In this document: positions 1 to 12,371 of the stretch, piece by piece
How positions within the stretch are numbered: position 1 is the first letter of the stretch
Layout: every line of letters begins with the position of its first letter
NCBI GenBank assembly: GCA_963717935.1
Contig: CAVQXP010000004.1
Coordinates: 1,312,001 to 1,376,000 of the forward strand
Direction of reading: 5' to 3'
DNA: 64,000 nt
Source: Candidatus Eiseniibacteriota bacterium
GTDB lineage: Bacteria; Eisenbacteria; RBG-16-71-46
Position numbers and translations under genes: made by a program
The notes under the pieces: model-generated
Databases searched by the model: none
The model's input: only the letters and a program-made list of their open reading frames with translations
What the model was told of the DNA's origin: nothing

Positions 1-615
1 GGTGCGGAGGAGCCGCGGCCGGATCGCGAGTCCCGGGGAGTCCGCGAGGCACGCCGGGAGCCGCGCGAGGCCCCCGTGGTTCCGGCGGCGCCGGAACGCG
101 AGTCGGCCGGCTCGGATCGCGAGGGGTTCCGCAAGGCGGCGGGGTGGCCGCGGCCGCCGTGGGCGGGGCGACGATGAGGCCGACTGCGGCCGAGCCGGTG
201 GTCCGCGCGCGTCGAGCCGGTGGTCGAGCGGATTGGGCGGCCTGCGGAAGTGGAGCCGCCTCTCAGCGTCTACGAGGAGGACGACATCGAGGAGATCGGC
301 CGGCCGGAGGGGCCGCTCGACGAACGCCACATCGACCCCTTTGGCATTGGTGCCGCCGAGGAGCCGGTGCTGGCGGTGGAATCCCCGGATCTCGTGGACG
401 AGCCCTGGATCGAGGTGGATCCCGCGCCATCCTGGGAGCCATCCGACGTCCGCCAGGAGGAGTCCGCGACCGATCGCTTCGAGGGCGAGCCCGGGGCCGA
501 GCCGCAGGCCGAAGAGGGGGCCGAGGAGGACGCGCCAGGTCCGGGTGCGACGCCGTCGAAGCCTGGACCCGTGGCTGAGCCGCGCTACGGGCGCCGCCGC
601 GCGCGCCGTCGCTGA
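1..615 (+). CDS. 3' end of an unidentified protein: disordered Arg/Gly-rich then acidic Pro-rich tail (partial, frameshifted)
   Basis: Frame 220..615 gives an acidic low-complexity tail ending RYGRRRARRR*, followed by a strong hairpin. The upstream part switches frame. No domain recognisable. Confidence 0.5.
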
Positions 616-628
616 CGGACGAACCGAA

Positions 629-670
629 AACACGGACGGGCGGCGAGGACTCCTGCCGCCCGTCCGTGTT
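629..670 (+). terminator. Intrinsic terminator-like hairpin
   Basis: Perfect 16-bp stem AACACGGACGGGCGGC (629-644) / GCCGCCCGTCCGTGTT (655-670) just after the stop at 615, with a weak U/G-rich tail. Confidence 0.65.
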
Positions 671-764
671 GTTGGCGCCGGGACGGTCTCCCGTGCTGGA
701 AGACCGTGGGGGCCAACTGCTCCCCGGGGACGTGGGGAGTGAGCGGGCCCTGGCGCTTCGGTAT

Positions 765-795
765 TATGAAAGCGAGGGGCTTGCGCCCCTCGCTT
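765..795 (-). terminator. Intrinsic terminator of the candidate sRNA
   Basis: Minus strand reads AAGCGAGGGGC-GCAA-GCCCCTCGCTT-TCATAAT: 11-bp stem, GNRA loop, U/A-rich tail. Confidence 0.65.
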
Positions 796-886
796 CAAGA
801 CTGTCGTCACGCACATTCAAGACAGGCCCCTCGGATCTTCCGTGTCCGTCATGCGGTGACGACAGAAACTGAATCAGTCTGTCGTC
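765..886 (-). ncRNA. Candidate sigma54-dependent small RNA (~120 nt)
   Basis: Bounded by a -24/-12 promoter (898-912) and a terminator. Predicted +1 (886) is the first base of a 9-bp stem GACGACAGA/TCTGTCGTC. Only an 11-codon ORF lies inside. Confidence 0.5.
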
Positions 887-897
887 TCAGTCGTATC

Positions 898-912
898 GCA
901 TACCGGATGCCA
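898..912 (-). promoter_or_regulatory. sigma54 (-24/-12) promoter
   Basis: Minus strand TGGCATCCGGTATGC has exact GG-N10-GC spacing and a TGGCA core. Confidence 0.6.
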
Positions 913-1033
913 TCGCCCGAATCCGTTGGCGCTGGAATCATATCTTGCTCTCCAGCAACGGATTAGATGGCGTGATCCTGGGGCGCTTCGAGGATCCTGG
1001 CCGGAAGCGACTGCGGATGCGGTTGAGACGAAT

Positions 1034-1131
1034 GCGACATAGTGTCGCGTATTCGGCGATTGCGATTGTGAACTGCCCAGAGCCACTTCCTGAACCGGGA
1101 CAGATTGGCGTCGGTTCGTGACAGAATGTCG

Positions 1132-1132
<1 letters not shown>
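1034..1132. promoter_or_regulatory. Putative enhancer (UAS) palindromes for a bacterial enhancer-binding protein
   Basis: GCGACA-tag-TGTCGC (1034-1048), GTGACA-gaa-TGTCGC (1118-1132) and weaker GGGACA-gat-TGGCGT (1097-1111), about 120-220 bp upstream of the sigma54 site. Confidence 0.5.
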
Positions 1133-2556
<1,424 letters not shown>

Positions 2557-2651
2557 GGGCTCCCATGATGCGCGTGGGCCTCCCGCGGCGCAAACCGCGG
2601 GACCGGGGGGCAGGCTGGCCGCTGCCGCGCGGCGCGTGCTAGGCTCTCCGG

Positions 2652-4387
2652 GTGATGGCTTCCGTCGCGCGCGTCCTCAGCCTCATCCTCCTCGCGGCCG
2701 CGACGGCGGGGCAGCCCTCAGGGGCGGCCGAGGCCCCTGCCGTCCCCGGACCTGGCGCTGCCGTGCCCGGTGCGGGGGCCCCAGCCGTGGGCCCCGCACC
2801 GGGCGACCCCGCGGCGCTCAGCCGCTACCTCTCCGGGCGGCTCCTGGAAGAGCGCGGGATGGAAGTGGACGCGCTCGAAGAGTACCTGCAGGCCCTGCGC
2901 CTGGACCCCGGGCGGTCGGGATCGAACTCCGGGTGAGCGAGGTCGCCGCCCGGCTCGGTGAATCGCAGCGCTCTCTCGAGTACGCCGGGCGCGTGCTGGA
3001 GCACGACCCCGGCAACGCACGGCCCTCTGGCTCCAGGGCAGCGCGCTGTTCAGCCTGGGCCGGCCGTGGGAGTCCCTGGAGGCGCTCCGGGCGGCCGTGG
3101 CCGCCGATTCGCAGCAGGCGGACTACTGGAGGACGCTGGCCCGCGTGGCCGAGTCGCTCGATCAGGTCGAGCTGATGGCCACGGGCTGGCGCCATGCCGT
3201 CGAACTCGACGACGGCGACGGCGAGGCCTGGTTCCAGTTGGCCGCGGTCGAGGCCCGGCGGGGCCACTTCGAGGCCGCCGATTCGATGCTGGCGGAGGCC
3301 ATGGCCCTCAATCCGGTGCGCCCGGGCGCGCTGTTCCTCGCCGGCTGGATCCAGGATGGCCTCGGGCACCCCGCCGAAGCCATGGGGCTCTACCGCCAGC
3401 ATCTGGAGCGTCCACCCGGGGGACCAGGCCACGCGCCGGCGTCTGGTGAACCTGCTCGCGGACGCGGGGAGGCATGCCGAGGCCTACAGGGAGGCCGTCA
3501 TCGTGCGGCGGGCGCAGCCCGACGACCCGGACGCGATCGGCGTCGAGGCCGACCTGGCGCTGCGCGTCGGTCATGTGGCGCAGGCCGACGAACTGCTCGA
3601 TCAGCTGATCGGGAGCCGATCCGGCCGACCCCGCGCGCGTGGCGCAGGCGGCCGGCATCCTGGTGCAGCGGGGACGCGGGCGCGAGGCCGTGGCGCGGAC
3701 CGAGGACTGGGCCCGGAGCCGCACCGCGGACTATCGCGGCCCGCTGCTGGTGGCCCAGGTCCGCTCGGACGACGGGCGATACGGCCGGGGCCGTAGCGAG
3801 CCGCGCGGCGCGCCGTCGAGATGGTGCCCGGACTCGCTGACGCCCCGTTTCGTGCTGGGTGGGCTGCTGCAGGCGTATGGCCGATTCGCCGCGGCCGAAT
3901 CCGTGTGGGCGGATCTGGCGCACCGCGGCCGGGCTCCCGTCCGGGCGGGGCTGCAGCTGGCCTATTGCCGCGAGCCGCTGGGCGACGTGGACGGCGCGGT
4001 GAGAGCGGTCCGCGACGTGCTCGCCCGCGAGCCCGACAACAGCTCGGCGCTCAACACCCTGGGCTATCTCTTCGCCGATCACGGACCGCGATCTGGCCGA
4101 AGCCGAGGACCTGGTGCGGCAGGGCCCTGGCGCAGGAGCCGGACAACGGCGCCTACCTGGACTCGATGGGTTGGGTCTACTATCGGCTGGGCCGGCTGGC
4201 CGAGGCACGCCGGGACCTCGAGCGGGCGGTCGAGCTGACCAACGGGGATCCGGTGGTCAGGGAGCACCTGGGAGACGTCTACAAGGACCTGAACCTCATC
4301 GAGTTGGCGAGGGAGCAGTACGCGCGGAGCCTGCGCCAGGACCAGGGCAATGCCAGGGTCCGGGCCAAGCTGTCGGAGTTGCGCTGA
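2652..4387 (+). CDS. Secreted tetratricopeptide-repeat protein, frameshifted
   Basis: Signal peptide, repeated TPR helices, and C-terminal ALNTLGY...DNGAYLDSMGWVYYRLG...EHLGDVY typical of periplasmic TPR proteins. Spread over several frames. Confidence 0.8.
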
Positions 4388-4428
4388 CCGCATGGAACCC
4401 CATTTCCCGGGCGGGGTAGGAACGATGG

Positions 4429-5064
4429 GTGAGGAGCCTGTTGCCGACTGATCGCGACGCATCGGCGCCTCCGATCCTGAGCCTCTCGGACGAGGATCTC
4501 ATGGACCGGGTGGCGGTGGACGACCAGAAGGCGTTCCCCGAGCTCGTGCGCCGTTTTCAGGGCCGGGTCACCAATCTGGTGAGCCGGATCCTGAACGATC
4601 GGGAGTGCGCCGACGACCTGGCGCAGGAAGTCTTCGTGCGGGTGTTCGTGCACCGCCGAAACTACCGGCACGGGTCGAAGTTCTCGACCTGGCTCTTCAC
4701 GATCGCCGCCAACCTCGCGAAGAACGAGATCCGGCGGCGGGTCCGTAGACGCAACTGGTTCAGTCTGGATGCGCTGGAAGAGACGCTGAAGGACCGCGCG
4801 ATCCAACTCGCGGATTCGACGGAGAGCCAGGAGACGACGCTCGAGCGGGAGCAACTCCAGGCCGCCGTGGGGCGGGCGATCGCGACGGTGCCGGAGAAAT
4901 ACCGGCTGGCCCTGGTCCTGCGGGACATCGAGGGTCTGCCTTACGAGGAGATCGCACAGGTGCTGGGCATCCCGGGCGGGACGGTGCGCTCGCGCATCAA
5001 CCGCGCTCGGGGCATGCTCAAGCACAAGCTCCAACCGCTACTCGCGAAAGCAGGAGACTCATGA
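4429..5064 (+). CDS. ECF RNA polymerase sigma factor (RpoE/SigW-like)
   Basis: DDLAQEVF, KFSTWLFTIAAN, LRDIEGLPYEEIAQVLGIPGGTVRSRINRAR. Confidence 0.92.
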   Translation: MRSLLPTDRDASAPPILSLSDEDLMDRVAVDDQKAFPELVRRFQGRVTNLVSRILNDRECADDLAQEVFVRVFVHRRNYRHGSKFSTWLFTIAANLAKNEIRRRVRRRNWFSLDALEETLKDRAIQLADSTESQETTLEREQLQAAVGRAIATVPEKYRLALVLRDIEGLPYEEIAQVLGIPGGTVRSRINRARGMLKHKLQPLLAKAGDS

Positions 5065-5648
5065 TCTGCGACCGGGCCCGGCGGCTCTTCGGGGCCTGCT
5101 GGGATGACGAGCTCACGCAGGCCGAGCGGGATGGGCTCGAGGGCCACCTCGCGTCGTGTCCGCGGTGCCGGGCGGAGTACGACGAGTTCTCTCGCGCCCT
5201 CGAGTTGGCGGCCTCGCTGCCCAGGATCGAGGCGTCCGCCGATCTCATGGACCGGGTGCTGGCACGCTCGCGCCGCGCCACGACCGCGCCGGACATCGTC
5301 CGTGAGGCCGGCGCGCGCTGGGTGCCCGTTGCCGCGGCGGTCGCGGGCGCCGTACTCGTGGTCGCACTCGTGCTCGTCGGGTCCCGCCTCCAGTGGAGAG
5401 CTCCCGCATCGAGCCTGCCTCCCCAGATGGTCGTGATCAATGAGCCACGGGAGCCCGTTCTCGTGCCGAAGCCCAGCGCGAAGCCGGGGGAGCGCCGTCC
5501 GGAGACTTCCCGGGGGAACCCCGAGAGCCTGTTCGACCCCGACAAGAACGTCGAGTTCATCCTCGACCCAGTCAAGCTGCATCGCGGCCGCGCCACGGTG
5601 AACAGGCGGCCTGACGCCGAGGGACAGCAAGCGACCATCACCTTCTAG
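5061..5648 (+). CDS. Zinc-binding (zf-HC2) transmembrane anti-sigma factor
   Basis: C...HLASCPRC motif, one TM helix, overlaps the sigma gene stop. Confidence 0.85.
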   Translation: MICDRARRLFGACWDDELTQAERDGLEGHLASCPRCRAEYDEFSRALELAASLPRIEASADLMDRVLARSRRATTAPDIVREAGARWVPVAAAVAGAVLVVALVLVGSRLQWRAPASSLPPQMVVINEPREPVLVPKPSAKPGERRPETSRGNPESLFDPDKNVEFILDPVKLHRGRATVNRRPDAEGQQATITF

Positions 5649-5666
5649 AAGAAGGCATCTGCCGGG

Positions 5667-6800
5667 ATGACGACGCAGGGCCATCGCGCGGCGCGCCGGG
5701 CGGCCTGGCTGGCCGGCGTTTTCGTGTTGCTCCTCGCTCCGGCTGCCCGCCCCCAGGGCGCGCCATCCCCTCTGTCGGTGAACGTGGATGAGATCGCGAA
5801 CCGGGCCGGGCGCAGCGTGGTCACGGTCTTCGCCCAGCGCACGGAGACCCAGGCCAAGCCCAGCGCCAGGCGACCCGCGAGCAGCGTGCACACCCGGGTC
5901 GGTTCGGGCGTGGCGGTGGAGGAGAGCGTCATCCTCACCACCGCGAGCGTCGTGCTGGGCGCCGAGCGCATCTTCGTGCGCACCTCCAACGGCCTCCAGG
6001 TCGAGGCGCAGCCGGTGGGCCTGGATTTCGTCTTCAACGTGGCCCTGCTCCGCGTGCCGGACCTGCGGCTTCCGCACCTGCGACCCGCCCGGCGCCCGGC
6101 CCAACTCGGCGACCGGGTGATCGCGGTGGGGACCTCGTACCGGGCGCAGTCCACGCAGTCGGTCGGCACGGTCGAGTACGTCTACCGGGAGCCACGCACC
6201 TCGCTCCTGCAGCTCACCAACATCGTCTACCCCGGCAACAGCGGCGGAGCGGTGCTCGACACCCAGGGCGAGTTGGTGGGCATCGTGCAGGGGGAATTGG
6301 GCTCGCCCGACCCCGGCGCGGGCGGGAGCATCGACCGCCGTCCGAGCGGCATGAGCTTCATCATGCCCATCCAGCAGGTGTGGCCCGTCTACGAGAGCCT
6401 CAAACGCGACGGGCGTGTGCGCCACGGCTATCTGGGCGTGAGCACGCGGGCGGAGGTGGTGCGGAGCGAGATCGACAACGCGGACGTGGGACTCGGTGCC
6501 CGGGTCGAGAACGTGCAGGCCGGCGGCCCGGCGGCGCGCGTGGGACTCAAGCCCCAGGATCTCATCGTGGGCTTCGAGAGCGAGCGGGTCGAGTATCCGG
6601 AGCAACTGGCCCGCTGGGTGGCCGAGACGCCGCCGGGGACGGTCGTGGCGCTGGTCTGGGTCCATGGCGATGAGCGGCGCTCCGGCCGCGTGAGCCTGGT
6701 GGAAGCGCGTGACTCGCTGCCCGCGTGGGCGCTGGGCGGTCTGCGCTGGGCCCCGGTGCCGAGTCCGGCGCCTGCCACGGGCGGCGGCCCCCGGCGCTGA
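5667..6800 (+). CDS. HtrA/DegS-like trypsin-domain + PDZ protein with degenerate catalytic triad
   Basis: Signal peptide, GSGV, PGNSGG, GYLGV PDZ entry. His site reads LTTASVV and Asp site reads FNVALL. Confidence 0.85.
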   Translation: MTTQGHRAARRAAWLAGVFVLLLAPAARPQGAPSPLSVNVDEIANRAGRSVVTVFAQRTETQAKPSARRPASSVHTRVGSGVAVEESVILTTASVVLGAERIFVRTSNGLQVEAQPVGLDFVFNVALLRVPDLRLPHLRPARRPAQLGDRVIAVGTSYRAQSTQSVGTVEYVYREPRTSLLQLTNIVYPGNSGGAVLDTQGELVGIVQGELGSPDPGAGGSIDRRPSGMSFIMPIQQVWPVYESLKRDGRVRHGYLGVSTRAEVVRSEIDNADVGLGARVENVQAGGPAARVGLKPQDLIVGFESERVEYPEQLARWVAETPPGTVVALVWVHGDERRSGRVSLVEARDSLPAWALGGLRWAPVPSPAPATGGGPRR

Positions 6801-6884
6801 GGCTCGGCGGCGGCCGCGGCGGCTGCGCTGCAGCACGCCAGGGCCGCCTTCGTGCCCGCCGCGCGGACCCCTATACTGCCTCGC

Positions 6885-7988
6885 ATGGCCGATCTGCTGC
6901 TGCGTTATCCCGCCACCCGCGTCCGCTCCCGGGTGCGCATCGCGCGCGGTGGCCTCGACGGACTTGGTGCCTTCGTGCGGGCGGCCACCGGCGCCCGGCA
7001 CGTCGTGACGGTGAGCGATGCTCGAGTGGCTCGGCTCTACGGCGCGCGGGCCCTGCGCTCGCTGCGGGCCGCGGGGTGCGCCGCCGACCTGTTGCGCGTG
7101 CCCCCGGGCGAGTCCTCGAAGAGTCCCCGGCGCCTCGCCTGGCTGTGGGAACGCTGCGCGGCGCTGGGTCTCGACCGGGGCGGCGCGGTGGTCGCCCTTG
7201 GAGGTGGTGTCACAGGCGACCTCGCTGGCTTCCTCGCTGCCACGTACCTGAGGGGCGTGCCGTGGGTGGACGTGCCGACTTCTCTCCTGGCGCAGGTGGA
7301 CAGCGGTGTGGGGGGCAAGACCGCGGTGAATCTGGCGGCCGGGAAGAACCTGGCGGGAGCCTTCCACCAGCCGGCCGGTGTGCTCGTGGACCCGGACGTT
7401 CTGGGGACGCTGCCCGTCCGTCATCGCCGGGCGGGGCTCGCCGAGGTCGTGAAGCTGGGGCTTGCAGCGGACGCGCGGCTCTTCGCCTGGCTCGAGCGAC
7501 ACGCCGACGCGCTCGCGGCCGGCGAGTCGCAGGCCCTTGCCGGGGCCGTGGCCCGCTCGATCCGGGTCAAGGCCCGCGTGGTGCTCGCCGACGAGCGGGA
7601 GCGCGAGAGGGGACCGCGCGCCGCGCTCAATCTGGGACACACGACCGGGCACGCGCTCGAGGTCGTGACGGGCTATCGTGTTCTGTTGCATGGAGAAGCG
7701 GTAGCGCTGGGGTTGCGGGTGGCCACGGCGCTCTCGGTGCGTGAGGCGGATCTGCCGCTGGAGGACCGGATTCGCCTGGAGGTGTTGCTCGATCTCTTCG
7801 GCCTGCCCTGGAAGCTGCCTCCGGTCCCCGTGGCGCGCCTGCTCGAGGCCATGCGGTGCGACAAGAAGCGCTCAGCGCGAGCGATCCGGTGGGTATTGAC
7901 GCCCCGGATAGGCCATGCTAGCGTCCCGCGCCTGATTTCCGGGCGGCTGGTGCGTGCCGCCCTGCTGGAGGCCGGAGCCGTGGGATGA
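6885..7988 (+). CDS. aroB: 3-dehydroquinate synthase
   Basis: GGGVTGDLAGF, YLRGV, PTSLLAQVDSGVGGKT, LNLGHTTGHALE, HGEAVA. Confidence 0.95.
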   Translation: MADLLLRYPATRVRSRVRIARGGLDGLGAFVRAATGARHVVTVSDARVARLYGARALRSLRAAGCAADLLRVPPGESSKSPRRLAWLWERCAALGLDRGGAVVALGGGVTGDLAGFLAATYLRGVPWVDVPTSLLAQVDSGVGGKTAVNLAAGKNLAGAFHQPAGVLVDPDVLGTLPVRHRRAGLAEVVKLGLAADARLFAWLERHADALAAGESQALAGAVARSIRVKARVVLADERERERGPRAALNLGHTTGHALEVVTGYRVLLHGEAVALGLRVATALSVREADLPLEDRIRLEVLLDLFGLPWKLPPVPVARLLEAMRCDKKRSARAIRWVLTPRIGHASVPRLISGRLVRAALLEAGAVG

Positions 7989-8429
7989 GCGCCAAGGTGA
8001 AGCGAATCCTCGTCCTGCACGGACCGAACCTCAACACGCTGGGGACCCGGGAACCGGCCGTCTATGGCCGGTCGACCTTGGACGACATCCACGGCCTCCT
8101 CGAGGCCCTCGCCCTGCACCTGGGGTGCGAGGTCGAGTGCCGGCAGACCAACCACGAGGGTGTGCTGATCGACGCACTTCACTCGGCGAAGGGCAGCGCG
8201 GACGGGGTCGTCCTCAACCCGGGCGGGCTGACCCACACGAGCGTGGCCTTGAGGGACGCGGTGTTGGCCGCCGGGGTCCCCGTGGTCGAGGTGCACCTGA
8301 GCAATCCCCACGCACGCGAGACGTTTCGGCACATTTCACTGATCTCCGGGGCCGCCGTCGGGGTGGTCCAGGGATTCGGCCCGGCGGGCTACGAATTGGC
8401 ACTGCGCGGGCTGGTGGGAGTCCTCTCCC

Positions 8430-8443
<14 letters not shown>
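7985..8443 (+). CDS. aroQ: Type II 3-dehydroquinate dehydratase
   Basis: HGPNLNTLGTREPAVYG, NPGGLTHTS, EVHLSNPHARE. Confidence 0.96.
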
Positions 8444-9014
<571 letters not shown>

Positions 9015-9045
9015 GCCCGGACCGGGCGCACGAAGGGTGCCGTTC

Positions 9046-10254
9046 ATGAACATCCGCCCCGTACTCGAGAAGATGATCGCGGCCCACGCCAGTGACCTGC
9101 ATCTCAAGGCCGGGACCGCGCCCGTAGTGCGCGTGGATGGTGTTCTCTACACCCTCGATGAGAGTTCGCCGTCGGCGCCCGAGTTGCGCGACGTGGTGGA
9201 CCAACTGCTCAACGACGAGCAGCGGCTCTACTTCTCCACCCACAGCGAGATCGACTTCGCCTTCGGCGTCTCGGGCCTGGCCCGCTTCCGCGCCAACTGT
9301 TTCATGCAGCGCGGCACGCCCGCCCTGGCCCTGCGTCACGTGCCGGTCGAGGTGCCGAGCATCGAGGACCTGACGCTGCCCCCGGTGGTGCGCGAGCTGG
9401 CGTTCTCGCCGCGCGGGCTGGTGCTGGTCACCGGGCGCACCGGCTCGGGCAAGTCCACGACGCTGGCGGCCATGATCGATGCCGTCAACCGGGTCACGAC
9501 GCGCAACATCATCACCATCGAGGACCCCATCGAGTTCCTGCACCGCGACCGCCTGTCCTTCATCCACCAGCGCGAGGTGGGCCTGGACACGCGCTCGTTC
9601 CACGACGGCCTCAAGTACGTGCTTCGCCAGGACCCGGACGTCATCCTGGTGGGTGAGATCCGCGACCTGGAGACGATGAGCACCACGCTCATGGCGGCGG
9701 ACACCGGGCACCTGGTGCTCTCGACCCTGCACACCACGGACGTCGTGCAGACGCTGCAGCGCATCATCTCCTTCTATCCGCCGCACCAGCACGACGAGCT
9801 GCGGCTGTCCATGGCCTCGAACCTGCGGGCGGTGATCTCCCAGCGCCTCATCCCGCGGCGCGATGGCGCCGGCCGTGTGCCGGCGATCGAGGTCATGACC
9901 GGCACGCCGACGGTGCGCGAGTACATCCTGAACCCGGAGAAGACCCAGCTGCTGCGCGCCCTGATCGCCGAGGGGATGACCCAGTACGGGATGCAGACCT
10001 TCGACCAGTCCATCATGGGCCTGCTGCGCGAGGGCCTGATCAGCGAGGAAGAGGCGCTCAAGAACGCCAACAACCCGAACGAGCTGGCGCTCAAGCTCAA
10101 GGGCATCGACGCTTCCTCCGACCGCACCTGGCAGCCGGTCCAGGCGAACGCGTCCCCGGCCGAGGCGAAGCCGGCTGGCGATACCCTCGCCAGCAGCGGC
10201 GGCGCTCCGCGCAGCGCCGCAGTCGCCCCACCCAGCGAGGGCTTCCTGAACTGA
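9046..10254 (+). CDS. PilT/PilU-family type IV pilus retraction ATPase
   Basis: [56 protein letters not shown]. Confidence 0.92.
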   Translation: MNIRPVLEKMIAAHASDLHLKAGTAPVVRVDGVLYTLDESSPSAPELRDVVDQLLNDEQRLYFSTHSEIDFAFGVSGLARFRANCFMQRGTPALALRHVPVEVPSIEDLTLPPVVRELAFSPRGLVLVTGRTGSGKSTTLAAMIDAVNRVTTRNIITIEDPIEFLHRDRLSFIHQREVGLDTRSFHDGLKYVLRQDPDVILVGEIRDLETMSTTLMAADTGHLVLSTLHTTDVVQTLQRIISFYPPHQHDELRLSMASNLRAVISQRLIPRRDGAGRVPAIEVMTGTPTVREYILNPEKTQLLRALIAEGMTQYGMQTFDQSIMGLLREGLISEEEALKNANNPNELALKLKGIDASSDRTWQPVQANASPAEAKPAGDTLASSGGAPRSAAVAPPSEGFLN

Positions 10255-11643
10255 TGTTCCGCAAGGTCCTGGTGGCGAATCGGGGGGAGATCGCGCTGCG
10301 CGTCATCCGCGCCTGCCGCGAGCTCCGGATCTCGACCGTGGCCGTCTTCAGCACGGCCGACCGTGACAGCCTGCACGTGCGCCTGGCAGACGAGTCGGTG
10401 TGCATCGGGCCGCCCCCGCCGGTGCAGTCCTACAACCACATCGCGCGCCTGATCTCGGCTGCCGAGATCGCGGGCGCCGACGCCATCCACCCGGGCTACG
10501 GCTTCCTCGCCGAGAACGCGCACTTCGCCGAGGTCTGCGAGTCCTGCGGGTTCACCTTCATCGGCCCGACCGCCGAGATGATCCGCCGCATGGGCGACAA
10601 GATCGAGGCGCGCCGCACCATGAAGGACGCCGGCCTGCCGATCGTGCCGGGCAGCGAGGGCGCGATCCCCGACGTGGACGAGGCGGTGTCCCTGGCCCGC
10701 AGCATCGGCTTCCCGGTCATCATCAAGGCAGCGGCGGGTGGTGGTGGGCGGGGCATGCGCGTGGCATGGGACGAGAAGCAACTGCGCGTGGGCTTTGGCG
10801 TCGCGCAGGCCGAGGCGGGCGCGGCCTTCAGCAACAACGTGGTCTACCTGGAGAAGTTCATCGCCCGGCCGCGTCACATCGAGTTCCAGCTGTTCGGCGA
10901 CACCCACGGCAATCTGGTCCACCTGGGCGAGCGCGAGTGCTCGGTGCAGCGGAACCATCAGAAGCTCATCGAGGAGGCGCCCAGCCCGCTCTTGACGGAG
11001 GAGCAGCGTTGCCGGATCGGCGCCCTCGCCGTGCGGGGCGCGCAGTCCATCGGCTACCGGGGCGCGGGCACCATGGAGTTCCTGTTCGACCAGGACGGCT
11101 CCTACTACTTCATGGAGATGAACACACGCATCCAGGTCGAGCACCCGGTCACCGAGGAGGTGACCGGGACTGGATCTGGTGAAGGAGCAGATCCTGGTGG
11201 CGGCCGGCGAGAAGCTCTCGGTCCGGCAGGAGGACGTGCGCTGGGAGGGGCACGCCTTCGAGTGCCGCATCAACGCCGAGGACCACGAGCACGGCTTCCG
11301 TCCGAGTCCGGGTGCGATCACCTACTTCTACCGCCCCGGCGGGCCCGGCCTGCGCATGGACAGCCACGTCTACACGGGCTACACCGTGCCGCCCTACTAC
11401 GACTCGATGATCGGGAAGCTCATCGCGCGCGGGAAGGATCGGCCCGAGGCGCTGCGCCGCATGGAGATCGCGCTCGAGGAGCTGATCGTGGAGGGCATCA
11501 AGACCACGATCCCCTTCCACCTCCTTGCGGTCCGCGACCCCGCCTTCCAGCGGGGCGATCTCGACACCCACTTCGTCGAGCGGTTGCTGGGGCCGAAGCC
11601 CGCACCGGCCGGAGCTGCCGCCACGGCCGCCGCGGCGCCCTAG
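10254..11643 (+). CDS. accC: Acetyl-CoA carboxylase biotin carboxylase subunit (frameshift ~11170)
   Basis: [63 protein letters not shown]. Confidence 0.95.
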
Positions 11644-11654
11644 CCCGCCGCACC

Positions 11655-12344
11655 GTGCCGGCGCAGGTCTCCGTCCTGCTCACTCCCGCGGGCGGGGCCG
11701 TGCCCTCGCGGGCCACCGCCGTGGTGGTGGACGTGCTGCGCGCCACGAGCGTCCTCACGCTGGCGCGGTTGCACGGCGCGCGCGCCGTCCTGCCCGCGGG
11801 CACGCCCGAGGAGGCCCTGGCGCTTCGTGCCCGGCGCCCCGGCGCCCTGTTGTGCGGGGAGCGCGACGGGCGGCGGATCGCGGGCTTCCACCTCGGCAAC
11901 TCACCTTTCGAGTACGGCTCCGAGGCCGTGGAGGGGCGTACGCTCATCTTCGCCTCCACCAACGGTTCGCAGGCGCTGCTCGCCGCGCGTGGCGCACGGC
12001 GGCGCGTGCTCGGCGCCTTCGTCAACGCGAGCGCGGTTCTGGAGACGCTCGACGCGGACGAGGTGGTCGCCGTCGTGTGCTCGGGCAAGCAGGGCCACTA
12101 CGCGCTCGAGGACGCGGCCTTCGCCGGCTGGCTGGTGGAGCGGCTGGCCGCGCGCGGCGCGCGCGTCACGGGAACCGCGGCCGCGTTCGCGCGCCGCACC
12201 GCCCCGCGCGACGCGGCCGACGTGCGCGCGCTGGTGCAGGGGGCGGCGCACGGGCGCTACCTGCGCTCGCTGGGGCCCGAGTTCGCGCGTGACGTGGAGT
12301 TCTGCGCGGGGCTCGATACGATCTCGCGGGCCTTCGAGGTCTGA
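11655..12344 (+). CDS. comB: 2-phosphosulfolactate phosphatase family protein
   Basis: [36 protein letters not shown]. Confidence 0.85.
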   Translation: MPAQVSVLLTPAGGAVPSRATAVVVDVLRATSVLTLARLHGARAVLPAGTPEEALALRARRPGALLCGERDGRRIAGFHLGNSPFEYGSEAVEGRTLIFASTNGSQALLAARGARRRVLGAFVNASAVLETLDADEVVAVVCSGKQGHYALEDAAFAGWLVERLAARGARVTGTAAAFARRTAPRDAADVRALVQGAAHGRYLRSLGPEFARDVEFCAGLDTISRAFEV

Positions 12345-12371
12345 GCCGGAGCCGACCCCGGCCCCCGTCGC

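Noticed and set aside
4941..7691. Very long antisense ORFs (also 24316-27066, 30114-32117, 42714-44921)
   Set aside because: Shadow ORFs opposite well-supported genes, expected at high GC, with no motifs.
10254..12344. Apparent AccC-ComB fusion (696 aa ORF)
   Set aside because: Artefact of the ~11170 frameshift. accC ends at 11643 in another frame and comB has its own GTG at 11655.
11655..12344. Coenzyme M biosynthesis
   Set aside because: ComB-family phosphatases are widespread and no comA/C/D/E is in the window.
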